This document shows, one piece after another, positions 56,483 through 64,000 of a stretch of 64,000 nt of DNA; the stretch's first letter is position 1; every line of letters starts with the position of its first letter. The notes below the pieces were generated by a model. That model saw only the letters and a program-made list of their open reading frames with translations. It did no database searches and was not told where the DNA came from. Location: NCBI GenBank assembly GCA_965201135.1, contig OZ241751.1:1780248-1844247 (forward strand), read 5' to 3'. The DNA is from Dehalococcoidia bacterium. Its GTDB lineage: Bacteria > Chloroflexota > Dehalococcoidia > Lucifugimonadales > Australimonadaceae. The translations under genes were made by a program, and so were the position numbers.

Positions 56483-59182
56483 ATGACGCTGCTACGACAT
56501 ATTCACCCCACGCAAATTTCGCAGAGTTCCGTTAGGAAGGCGCTCGCCCCGCATTGGGGGGCGCTGCTCGCGCTTGCGCTGTTCTTGATCGCGGGGCTCG
56601 CCGTTCTCGACGACTACGGCGCTCACAGGGATGAGTCCGCGCAGCGCACAAACGCCGATGTGAATCTGCGTTACCTTGCGGACGGCGACTTCGGCGCTTT
56701 CACAAGCGGTCTCTATGTGGACCATGACAAGTTCTACGGGATGGCGTTTGAGGCGCCTCTTCTGCTGACTGAGCGCGCGTTCGGCATAGACGACGACCCC
56801 CGCGCAGTCAATCTGAGCCGGCATTTGCACTCCCGTCTGCTCTTTCTCGCCGGGGGGCTCTTCGCTTATCTGCTGGCGCTCCGGCTGTTCGGCAGTCGGT
56901 TGCTTGCGCTCTTCGCAATGGGGTTCTTTCTGCTGCATCCGCGTCTCTACGGGCACTCGTTCTTCAACGCCAAAGACATTCCGTTTCTCGTGATGTTCGT
57001 CATCGCGCTCTTCCTAGCGCATCGAGCGTTCAGAAGGGACGGCATAGCCGCGTTCGCGCTCCTTGGCGCGGCTGTTGGTATGCTGATCAACCTCCGCGTA
57101 ATGGGCGTCGTTCTGCTGGCGGCGGTTCCGTCGCTGCGGGCGCTCGACCTCGCGCTAGCGTCAGGTTGGGCGGAGCGCAAGCTCATTCTGCTAACGTCCG
57201 GAGCGTTCGCGCTTGCGGCGGCGCTGACCGTCTACGCGCTGCTGCCGTATCTGTGGGGCGATCCGATCGGGCGCGCGGCGGAGTGGTGGTCGACGCTCTC
57301 CAATCATCCCAACGTCGTCTCGGAACTGTTTCGCGGAACGTTTTATATCAGCGATGATTTCCCCGTCGAGTATTTGCCGGTCTGGTTCTCGATCTCGAGT
57401 CCTCCGTTCGCGCTGCTGCTAGGCGCCGTCGGGGCCGCAAGCGTCCTCGTCCGCGCGGCCCAGGCTCCGCGCAAGGCGCTGCGGAACGGAAGGCTGCGGT
57501 TCGCGCTGCTGCTCGTCGGTTGCTTCGCGCTGCCCGTCTTGACGGTGATGCTGCCCGGCGGCAACATCTACAACGGGTGGCGGCAGATGTACTTCCTGTG
57601 GGCGCCGTTCGCGCTGCTCGCCGTATTCGGGCTCCATAGGCTGGCGGGCGCGCTCGGCGGGAGGGCGCGAATGGCGGTCTACGGGGCGGCGGGCGCGGGG
57701 TTCGCGGCGACGGTCATTTCGATGGCGCTCATCCATCCGAACGAGGACTTCTATTTCAACCTTCTGGCGGACAGGGTTGCGCCGGATCATCTGCGTTCGC
57801 AATACCCGATGGCCTATTGGGATCATACGATCCGGCAGGGACTCGAATGGGTTGTCATGCGTTCGGCGCAATCTTCGGGCGGGCCGTCCGCGGCGACGGC
57901 GAATCCCCGCCCTAACTGGGTTGTCGAGAATGCGCTGGTTCTGCCGGAGTCCGCGCGCGAGCGCTTGGCCAACGCCGCTCCGTTCCGCATCGCTCGCGGC
58001 GTTCCATCTCTGTCCTGGTCGCGCTCCGCCCGCGAATTGCATCGAGTGGAAGTCTACGGGAACGCGCTGATGATCGTTGAATCGCGGGACGACCTCCGCA
58101 GCGTCTACGAGGCCGTTCGCGGGCGGAAGCCGCTGGTGGACGGCGCGTTCGACATCCACCGCATTGACGGGGCGCTGGCGCTCGTGAAGGAGCCGTGCGC
58201 TCCGGCGGTCGTGGAAAGGCGGGGATGGTTCACCGTGAACGCGTTCCCCGACGACCCCGGCGACCTGCCGGCCTGGCGGGAAGGCGAGGCGGACGAGCCC
58301 CGCCTCTTCCCTCTGCTGGACTATGGAGCGTATTTCGACGGCAAGTGCGTCGCGTCGATTCCCCTTCCGGCGTACCCCGTCGCCGGCGTCGTCATTGTCC
58401 AAACAGGGCAGCGCGATGGAGAGGAAGGCGATTTGTGGCGCGCGGAGTTCTTGCTGGAGCCTGCGCGGCGATGGTCGGAGGCGATGGACGGAGCGTCGGG
58501 AGAGCCCCTCGCGCATGGGGCGTTTGACGTCCTATTGGCGGAGGGCGCGCTGGTGTACGCTAAGGAGCCGTGCGCGCCGTCGGACACGGATGCTCGGTTC
58601 TTCTTGCACGTCGTTCCGGAGAGCGCGAATGATCTGCCGGAGGCGCGGAGGGGGAGCGGGTTCGCCAACTTGGATTTCGATTTCTTCCCGACCGGGGCGC
58701 TGTTCGAGGGGAAGTGCGCGGCGCGGGCGGCGCTGCCGGACTATCCCATCGCGTCCGCGCGGACGGGGCAGTCCGCGGAGGGCGGCGTGGAGTTGTGGCG
58801 GGCGGAGTTCGCCTTGAACGCCGAACCCTACCGCTTGGCGTATGAGGCCGCCGTATCCGGCGAGCCGCTGGCCCGGGGCGCGTTCGACGTCTACTTGGCG
58901 GACAGGGCGCTCGTGTACGCGAAGGAGCCGTGTGAGCAGGGGGACGCGCAGGCGCGGTTCTTTCTGCATATCGTCCCCGAACGGGTGGGTGATTTGCCTG
59001 AGGAGCGTCGGGGGAGCGGGTTCGACAATTTAGATTTCTATTTCTTCTCGAACGGCGCGCTGTTCGAGGGGAGTTGCGCGGCGCGTGTTCCGCTGCCGGA
59101 CTACGCCGTCGCGTTCATTCGGACGGGGCAGTACGCGGGCGAAGGCGAGATATGGAGCGCGGAGTTCGAAGTTGGGAGGTAG
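56483..59182 (+). CDS. GT-C-fold membrane glycosyltransferase, paralog of 39638..42301
   Basis: Start at ATG 56483 (MTLLRHIHP..ALAPHWGALLALALFLIAGLAVLDDYGAHRDE..). It is collinear with the first copy, including three C-terminal ~100-aa repeats. About 45 nt of 5' leader is also conserved. Confidence 0.7.
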   Translation: MTLLRHIHPTQISQSSVRKALAPHWGALLALALFLIAGLAVLDDYGAHRDESAQRTNADVNLRYLADGDFGAFTSGLYVDHDKFYGMAFEAPLLLTERAFGIDDDPRAVNLSRHLHSRLLFLAGGLFAYLLALRLFGSRLLALFAMGFFLLHPRLYGHSFFNAKDIPFLVMFVIALFLAHRAFRRDGIAAFALLGAAVGMLINLRVMGVVLLAAVPSLRALDLALASGWAERKLILLTSGAFALAAALTVYALLPYLWGDPIGRAAEWWSTLSNHPNVVSELFRGTFYISDDFPVEYLPVWFSISSPPFALLLGAVGAASVLVRAAQAPRKALRNGRLRFALLLVGCFALPVLTVMLPGGNIYNGWRQMYFLWAPFALLAVFGLHRLAGALGGRARMAVYGAAGAGFAATVISMALIHPNEDFYFNLLADRVAPDHLRSQYPMAYWDHTIRQGLEWVVMRSAQSSGGPSAATANPRPNWVVENALVLPESARERLANAAPFRIARGVPSLSWSRSARELHRVEVYGNALMIVESRDDLRSVYEAVRGRKPLVDGAFDIHRIDGALALVKEPCAPAVVERRGWFTVNAFPDDPGDLPAWREGEADEPRLFPLLDYGAYFDGKCVASIPLPAYPVAGVVIVQTGQRDGEEGDLWRAEFLLEPARRWSEAMDGASGEPLAHGAFDVLLAEGALVYAKEPCAPSDTDARFFLHVVPESANDLPEARRGSGFANLDFDFFPTGALFEGKCAARAALPDYPIASARTGQSAEGGVELWRAEFALNAEPYRLAYEAAVSGEPLARGAFDVYLADRALVYAKEPCEQGDAQARFFLHIVPERVGDLPEERRGSGFDNLDFYFFSNGALFEGSCAARVPLPDYAVAFIRTGQYAGEGEIWSAEFEVGR

Positions 59183-59240
59183 AGCGGCGGCGCGACCAGC
59201 AAGTTCCGCGTTGGTGGAAGGCCATTCGCCCGCACCCCCC

Positions 59241-59284
59241 CGCCAACAAAAGGCGGGCCCCGGGGACGAATCCGTCGGGGCCCG
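59241..59284 (-). terminator. Candidate intrinsic terminator (minus strand)
   Basis: 9-bp GC stem CGGGCCCCG / CGGGGCCCG (59254..59262 and 59276..59284), followed on the minus strand by CCTTTTGTTGG. Confidence 0.4.
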
Positions 59285-59413
59285 GTTGGCCCGCTCCCGT
59301 GGCGCGTCGAGAGGGGCCGACGGAGGGGAGACATCCGGAAGCGCGGACGAAGCCGCGCCCTCCGGGAGTCATGCGTCGTGATCGCCGTCTCCGGCAATCC
59401 GTCCACAGCGCAG

Positions 59414-59580
59414 TAGGAGACGGGCTTGCGCCCGTCTTGCGGGGCGTCCTGCGGGGCGTTATTCCCGCCTACGCGGGAATAACGGCAAGGCGTGGGAATG
59501 ACGTGGCCGGCTGGGATATAGGAGACGGGCGCTGCGTCCGTCTTGCGGGCGGGATTCCCGCCTACGCGGGAATGACGGCA
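59414..59580. repeat. Palindromic repeat units (reverse type II-like, two copies)
   Basis: GGAGACGGGC..GCCCGTCTTGCGGG....ATTCCCGCCTACGCGGGAATAAC and a second copy ending GATTCCCGCCTACGCGGGAATGAC. Confidence 0.8.
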
Positions 59581-59603
59581 GGGGGGCGACGCGTGGGGAA
59601 GCG

Positions 59604-60170
59604 TTACGACAGCGCGGCGGGCTGCGTGATGCGCGGCCGGCGCCCTCTGCGTCCGGGGCGCTTGGCCGGAACCGCGAACGCGTTCGGGATCAGTTCCAGT
59701 TGGCCCGGAGAGTCCGCCGACGGAGGCTCGGACTGGAAGCCCTGCGCCTCCTTGATGAACCCCTCCAGCGAGTCGAAGTCGCGGTAGACGCTCGCGTAGC
59801 GCACGTAGGCGACGGGGTCGAGTTCGCGGATGCGCGCCAGCGCCGTGTCGCCGATGACCGACGTCGGAATGTCGGCGCGCCCCAACTCGCGCAGGTCGCT
59901 CTCGATTTCGCCCGCGAGTTTCTCGAGCGTCCCGGAGGGAATCGGGCGCTTGGCGCACGCGAGCCTGACGCTCCGAAGCAGTTTGTCGAGGTCGAAATCC
60001 TCGCGCCGCCCGTCGCGCTTGACGACTTGCAGGCTCGCCTGCTGGAGACGCTCGTAGGTCGTGAACCGCGCCCCGCAATGTCCGCACTCGCGCCGCCTCC
60101 GAACCTCCTGGCCGGAGTTGCGCGAGTCCGCGACATGCGTGTTGGAGTCCCCGCACTGAGGGCATTGCAT
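59604..60170 (-). CDS. nrdR: Transcriptional repressor NrdR
   Basis: MQCPQCGDSNTHVADSRNSGQEVRRRRECGHCGARFTTYE is the zinc ribbon, followed by an ATP-cone (..VVKRDGRREDFDLDKLLRSV..). The start was set by codon count within track ORF 59604..60272. Confidence 0.9.
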   Translation of the reverse strand: MQCPQCGDSNTHVADSRNSGQEVRRRRECGHCGARFTTYERLQQASLQVVKRDGRREDFDLDKLLRSVRLACAKRPIPSGTLEKLAGEIESDLRELGRADIPTSVIGDTALARIRELDPVAYVRYASVYRDFDSLEGFIKEAQGFQSEPPSADSPGQLELIPNAFAVPAKRPGRRGRRPRITQPAALS

Positions 60171-60504
60171 AAGGTCGTTCCGCCCGTCCCGCGTTCGGAA
60201 GCCGCGACCAGCGCGGCATCCGATGCCGGAGACAACGATATAGGCGATGTTAAGGCGCGAGCCCCGCCGCATAAAGCGCTTTCGCTAGCGGGAACCGCAT
60301 TCTTTGCGAACGCGCGCGAAATGTCAAGGGGTAATTCGGGGCTTTCCCCAACCAGGGGCGCAATCCGGTGCCATCGAGCGCTAGATATACGCTAATTGAG
60401 CGCTTGCGCGCCGACCGCCGGGCGCAAAACGGCGACTTGCCCGAATTTGCCGGACTCTCCCCCCTCCCGTCCACCCCGCCTTGCCCCCCTCCCCCGCGCA
60501 ACGC

Positions 60505-60533
60505 GAAAAGCCCCCGGACGTTCGTCCGGGGGC
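60505..60533 (-). terminator. Intrinsic terminator downstream of ftsZ
   Basis: Perfect 10-bp stem GCCCCCGGAC-GAAC-GTCCGGGGGC followed on the minus strand by TTTTCG. It lies ~110 nt after the ftsZ stop. Confidence 0.65.
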
Positions 60534-60644
60534 TCGATTCCGTCGCTTGCGGAGCGCGCCTGGGGATGCGCCGCCCCGCGCCCGCCGCGCCGTTAGGGGA
60601 ACGGCGCGCGCGGATTGCGGACTGGCTGCTGTGCGGCGCCGCGC

Positions 60645-61736
60645 CTACGCGCTCATCGCAGGCCGCGAGGCGCGCAGGAACGGCGGAAGGTCGAAATCCG
60701 CCTCGTCGCTGATCGCCCGGCGCAAAAACTCCGCGATGCTGTCGTCGTTCAGACTCATCCGCTCGATGCTCGGCAGACCCGTCGCGATGATCGTCACGCA
60801 GATCTCGTCCTCCATCTTCGGATCCGTCACCATCCCGAAGATAATGTTCGCGTCCGGGTCGACCGACTCCGCGATCACGCCCGCCGCCTTCTGCACTTCC
60901 TTCAGCGTCATGTTCATGCCGCCCGTGATGTTCAGCAGCACGCCGCGCGCGCCCTCTATGTTCACGTCCAGCATCGGGCTGTTGATCGCGCTCTTCGCCG
61001 CCTCCGCCGCCCGGTCGGCCCCGTGAGCCGAGCCGATCGACATCCACGCGGGGCCCGCCCCGCTCATAATCGTCTTGATGTCCGCGAAGTCCAAGTTGAT
61101 CTCCCCGGGCACCGTCACCAACTCCGCGATGGACTTCACCCCGAGCCGGAGCACGTCGTCCGCCAGACGGAACGCGTCCTCCGCCGAGATGCTGTCGTCG
61201 CACATCGCGCCCAGCCGGTCGTTCGGCACGACGATCAGCGTGTCCACGACCTCGCGCAGGCGCGCCAGCCCGTCGTCCGCGTTCTTGCTGCGCCGGCGCC
61301 CCTCGAAACTGAACGGCTTCGTCACCACCGCGATCGTCAGGGCTCCCGTCTCTCGCGCGACCTCCGCCACCACGGGCGCCGCGCCGGTGCCCGTGCCTCC
61401 GCCCATTCCCCCCGCGATGAACAGCATGTCCGCGCCGCGCACCGACTCGTAAATCTCCTCGCGGGACTCGTCCGCCGCGGCCCGACCGACCTCGGGGTCG
61501 CCCCCCACGCCCAAGCCCCGCGTCAGCGTGTCGCCGATGCGAATCTTCACCGGAACGTCCAGCCGCACCAAGTGCTGCGCGTCCGTGTTCACCGCCAGGT
61601 ACTCCACGTGCGGCACCCGCTCCCGGTACATCCGGTTGACCGCGTTCGACCCCCCTCCGCCGACCCCGATCACCTTGACGCGCGCGATCCCGTCAACCTC
61701 GGGTCTGTGCTCGTTGCCGAAAAGCTCCATTGTCAT
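60645..61736 (-). CDS. ftsZ: Cell division protein FtsZ
   Basis: ..VIGVGGGGSNAVNRM.. and the tubulin signature GGMGGGTGTGAAPVVA. Confidence 0.95.
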   Translation of the reverse strand: MTMELFGNEHRPEVDGIARVKVIGVGGGGSNAVNRMYRERVPHVEYLAVNTDAQHLVRLDVPVKIRIGDTLTRGLGVGGDPEVGRAAADESREEIYESVRGADMLFIAGGMGGGTGTGAAPVVAEVARETGALTIAVVTKPFSFEGRRRSKNADDGLARLREVVDTLIVVPNDRLGAMCDDSISAEDAFRLADDVLRLGVKSIAELVTVPGEINLDFADIKTIMSGAGPAWMSIGSAHGADRAAEAAKSAINSPMLDVNIEGARGVLLNITGGMNMTLKEVQKAAGVIAESVDPDANIIFGMVTDPKMEDEICVTIIATGLPSIERMSLNDDSIAEFLRRAISDEADFDLPPFLRASRPAMSA

Positions 61737-61858
61737 AGCGGTTCCCCTCGCTTCGCCGTTGGCGTCTTCTGTTCGCTTGCGCCCGCTCCGACGGAGCGAA
61801 CGCGAAATGTTCCTCGTCCGCGGCGCCCCCGCCCGGCAAGCCGGCGAGGCGCGCCCTG

Positions 61859-61876
61859 TCTCTCTCTCTCTCTCTC
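61859..61876. repeat. (TC)9 / (GA)9 dinucleotide microsatellite
   Basis: tctctctctctctctctc abuts the ftsA stop codon (61876..61878) in the ftsA-ftsZ intergenic region. Confidence 0.9.
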
Positions 61877-63144
61877 TATGCGTTCGCCCCCGCCGGCTGC
61901 CGCCCCATAAGCCTGGAGAGCCAGCCCCCGGAGCGTGGAGCGCTCGCCGCGGGTTGCGCCTTCCGGTCCGCCGCCCGCGCCGCGTTACGCTGCCGGATCG
62001 CCCACAGCAGCAGGCCCACCGAAGTGGAGTACGCCGCGTTGGACAACTCCTCCGGCAAACCCCACACGCTCGACGGAACGCCGATCCGAACGGCGCACTT
62101 CCCGTAGTCCGCCACGATCTCGGAGAGCCCCGGCAGCGCCGCGCTCCCCCCCGTCAGCACCACCCCGCCCGACGGAATCCGGATGACTCCGTTGGACGCC
62201 AGCCGCTGCATCATCAGACGCACCAGTTCGACGGCGCGGTCGTGCAATAGGCGGTTCAGCGCCTTCCGATTCACCGGGCGCGCGTGCCCCCCGGGCCCCG
62301 ACTGCGCCTCCACCGTCTCCTTCGCGTCGACTTCCTCGAACCGCGTGGAGCCGTACAGCAACTTCAGCCGCTCGGCGGCGTTCGGCGGCGTCCCTAGTCC
62401 GGCGGCCACGTCGTTCGTGAAGTGCTGCCCCGCCACGGGAATGCTCCCCGTCAGCCAAACCGACCCCTCGCGGTAGGCGGCGATGTCCGTGGACCCGCCC
62501 CCGATGTCCGCCAATATCACGCCCACCAGCCGCTCCTCCGACGTCAGAACCGCCTCCGAACTCGCCAGGTGCTCCAGCGCCAGGCTGTGCACCTGCACTC
62601 CGGCCGACCGGATCGTCGAGAGCAGCGTGTCCACCGACACGACGTCGCCCATCACAATGTGCGAGCCCTGCGCCGCGCTCTTCCCGAACGCGCCCGGCGA
62701 GTCGGAGCCGTCGAAGCCGTTCGCGCCGCTTCCTCTCGGCGCCTCCTGCACCACGCGCATCCCAATCGAGTCCGCGAGACGCGCCGGGGACTGCAGGGCG
62801 TTCCCCGACGACCCCTTGAAATGCCCATTCTCCGGCAGGCCGCTCACCGGAAAAGTCACCGGGTCGTCGCTGTTGCGCGACTTCAGATGGCTTCCCGTTA
62901 TGCCCGCGACGACGGGCGGAATCTTCCGCTTCAGCGACGTCTCCGCCTGCCGGACCGACGCCGCGATGGACTCGCGCACCGCCTCCGGGCTCACGACCAT
63001 CCCCTTCCGCATCCCCACGGACGGCGCGTAGCCCTCCGCCACGATGTCCAGCGAGCCGCTCGGTTTCGCCTTCCCCACCAGCGTCACCACCTTCGTGGTG
63101 CCCACGTCCAGGGCGGCGTAGAGTTGTTCGCGCGCGTTGCCCAT
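61876..63144 (-). CDS. ftsA: Cell division protein FtsA
   Basis: Actin-fold motifs ALDVGTTKVVTLVG, ADIGGGSTDIA and VVLTGGSAALPGL. 422 aa. Confidence 0.9.
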   Translation of the reverse strand: MGNAREQLYAALDVGTTKVVTLVGKAKPSGSLDIVAEGYAPSVGMRKGMVVSPEAVRESIAASVRQAETSLKRKIPPVVAGITGSHLKSRNSDDPVTFPVSGLPENGHFKGSSGNALQSPARLADSIGMRVVQEAPRGSGANGFDGSDSPGAFGKSAAQGSHIVMGDVVSVDTLLSTIRSAGVQVHSLALEHLASSEAVLTSEERLVGVILADIGGGSTDIAAYREGSVWLTGSIPVAGQHFTNDVAAGLGTPPNAAERLKLLYGSTRFEEVDAKETVEAQSGPGGHARPVNRKALNRLLHDRAVELVRLMMQRLASNGVIRIPSGGVVLTGGSAALPGLSEIVADYGKCAVRIGVPSSVWGLPEELSNAAYSTSVGLLLWAIRQRNAARAADRKAQPAASAPRSGGWLSRLMGRQPAGANA

Positions 63145-63161
63145 ATCTTTCCCTCCGCGCC

Positions 63162-64000
63162 CTAGACCCGCTCGGCGACGCGCATCCGCGCGCTCCGGCT
63201 CCGCCTGTTCCGGGCGGCCTCGTCCTTGTCCGGCCTAATGACGCGCTTGTTCACGGGGCGAACGCCCCCTCCGCCGATGAACCGCTTGATCTCCCGATCC
63301 TCCAGCGAGTGGTACGCAATAGTCACCAGCCGCCCGCCCGACGCGAGAACCGACGCCGCGTGCGCGAGCCCTCGCCGCAAATTCCCTATCTCGTCGTTCG
63401 CCGCGATGCGGAGCGCCTGAAACGTCCGCGTCGCCGGATGCGTCCGCCCCCGGCGGTAGCCCGACGCCCGCGCCGCGACCTCCGCCAGTTGCAGCGCCCC
63501 CGTGATGGGACGCTCCGCGACGATCGCCCGCGCGATGCGCCTCGACCTCGGCTCCTCGCCGTAGGCGTAGATCAAATCCGCCAACTCGCCCTCCGGCAAA
63601 GCGTTGACCAAGTCCCCGGCGGACTCGCCCTCCGGCGTGAACCTCATATCCAGCGGCGCGTCCCGCCGGAAACTGAACCCGCGGTCCTCCGCGTCCAACT
63701 GCCGCGACGACACGCCCAAGTCGAACAGCGCCCCGTCCGCAGGAACGAAGCCGCGCGCCCGAGCGTGAACGTCCAGCGACCCGAAGTTGCCGTTGACCAC
63801 GCAAGAGCGCTCCCCGTAAGAGCGCAGTCGCGCCGACGCGGGCCCGATAGCCTCCGGATCGGCGTCCAAGCCGAGCAGACGCCCGTCCGGCGCCGACGCA
63901 TCCAGAATCGCGCAGGCGTGCCCCGCGTCCCCCAGCGTGCAATCGAGATACGCTCCGCCGGGGCGCGCGGCGAGCCCCGCGACGACTTGCGCGGTCATCA
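63162..64000 (-). CDS. rsmH: 16S rRNA (cytosine1402-N4)-methyltransferase RsmH (5' end beyond window)
   Basis: ..YLDCTLGDAGHA.., ..DGALFDLGVSSRQLD..RGFSF.. and ..SLEDREIK.. are RsmH/MraW motifs. The usual N-terminal H.PVL segment is missing, so the frame probably continues past 64000. Confidence 0.85.
   Translation of the reverse strand, partial: MTAQVVAGLAARPGGAYLDCTLGDAGHACAILDASAPDGRLLGLDADPEAIGPASARLRSYGERSCVVNGNFGSLDVHARARGFVPADGALFDLGVSSRQLDAEDRGFSFRRDAPLDMRFTPEGESAGDLVNALPEGELADLIYAYGEEPRSRRIARAIVAERPITGALQLAEVAARASGYRRGRTHPATRTFQALRIAANDEIGNLRRGLAHAASVLASGGRLVTIAYHSLEDREIKRFIGGGGVRPVNKRVIRPDKDEAARNRRSRSARMRVAERV

Overview
This window is 64 kb of a very GC-rich bacterial chromosome, roughly two-thirds G+C by eye. 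I can support about 55 protein genes and found no rRNA, tRNA or CRISPR array.

Housekeeping anchors:
- rpmH-rnpA at the left edge, then arfB and hrcA-dnaJ.
- nrdR plus a compact rsmH-ftsA-ftsZ block at the right edge.
- FtsA is present, so this is probably not an actinobacterium. The phylum cannot be assigned from sequence alone.

Metabolic content:
- A cobalt-type nitrile hydratase operon (nthA-nthB-activator-permease).
- A hopanoid side-chain cluster (hpnH, hpnG, hpnA) followed by a large GT-C-type membrane glycosyltransferase, which has a paralog 17 kb away.
- Two amidohydrolase/dehydrogenase clusters, a molybdopterin hydroxylase large subunit, fhs, nadX, and two TreT-like glycosyltransferases.

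Accessory content:
- One intact IS30-family element and one intact IS5-family element.
- A scrambled degenerate IS5 copy and two MITEs carrying the IS5 terminal repeats.
- A vapC remnant.
- A lower-GC islet with a HEPN-motif protein, a PLD/HKD zinc-ribbon nuclease and a small membrane protein.
- A PD-(D/E)xK nuclease gene wedged inside the nitrile hydratase operon.

Most striking observations:
1. Nearly every intergenic gap is filled by a mosaic family of GC-rich palindromic repeat modules, about 4 kb in total by eye.
2. The IS5 element and its MITEs insert precisely into the loop of one of these modules. One repeat+MITE block sits in frame inside hpnG.
3. Two genes (GRDB-family and DUF427-family) are interrupted only by an in-frame TGA followed by a hairpin, which makes them candidate selenoproteins.

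All functional calls rest on motif recognition and hand translation. No database search was run.
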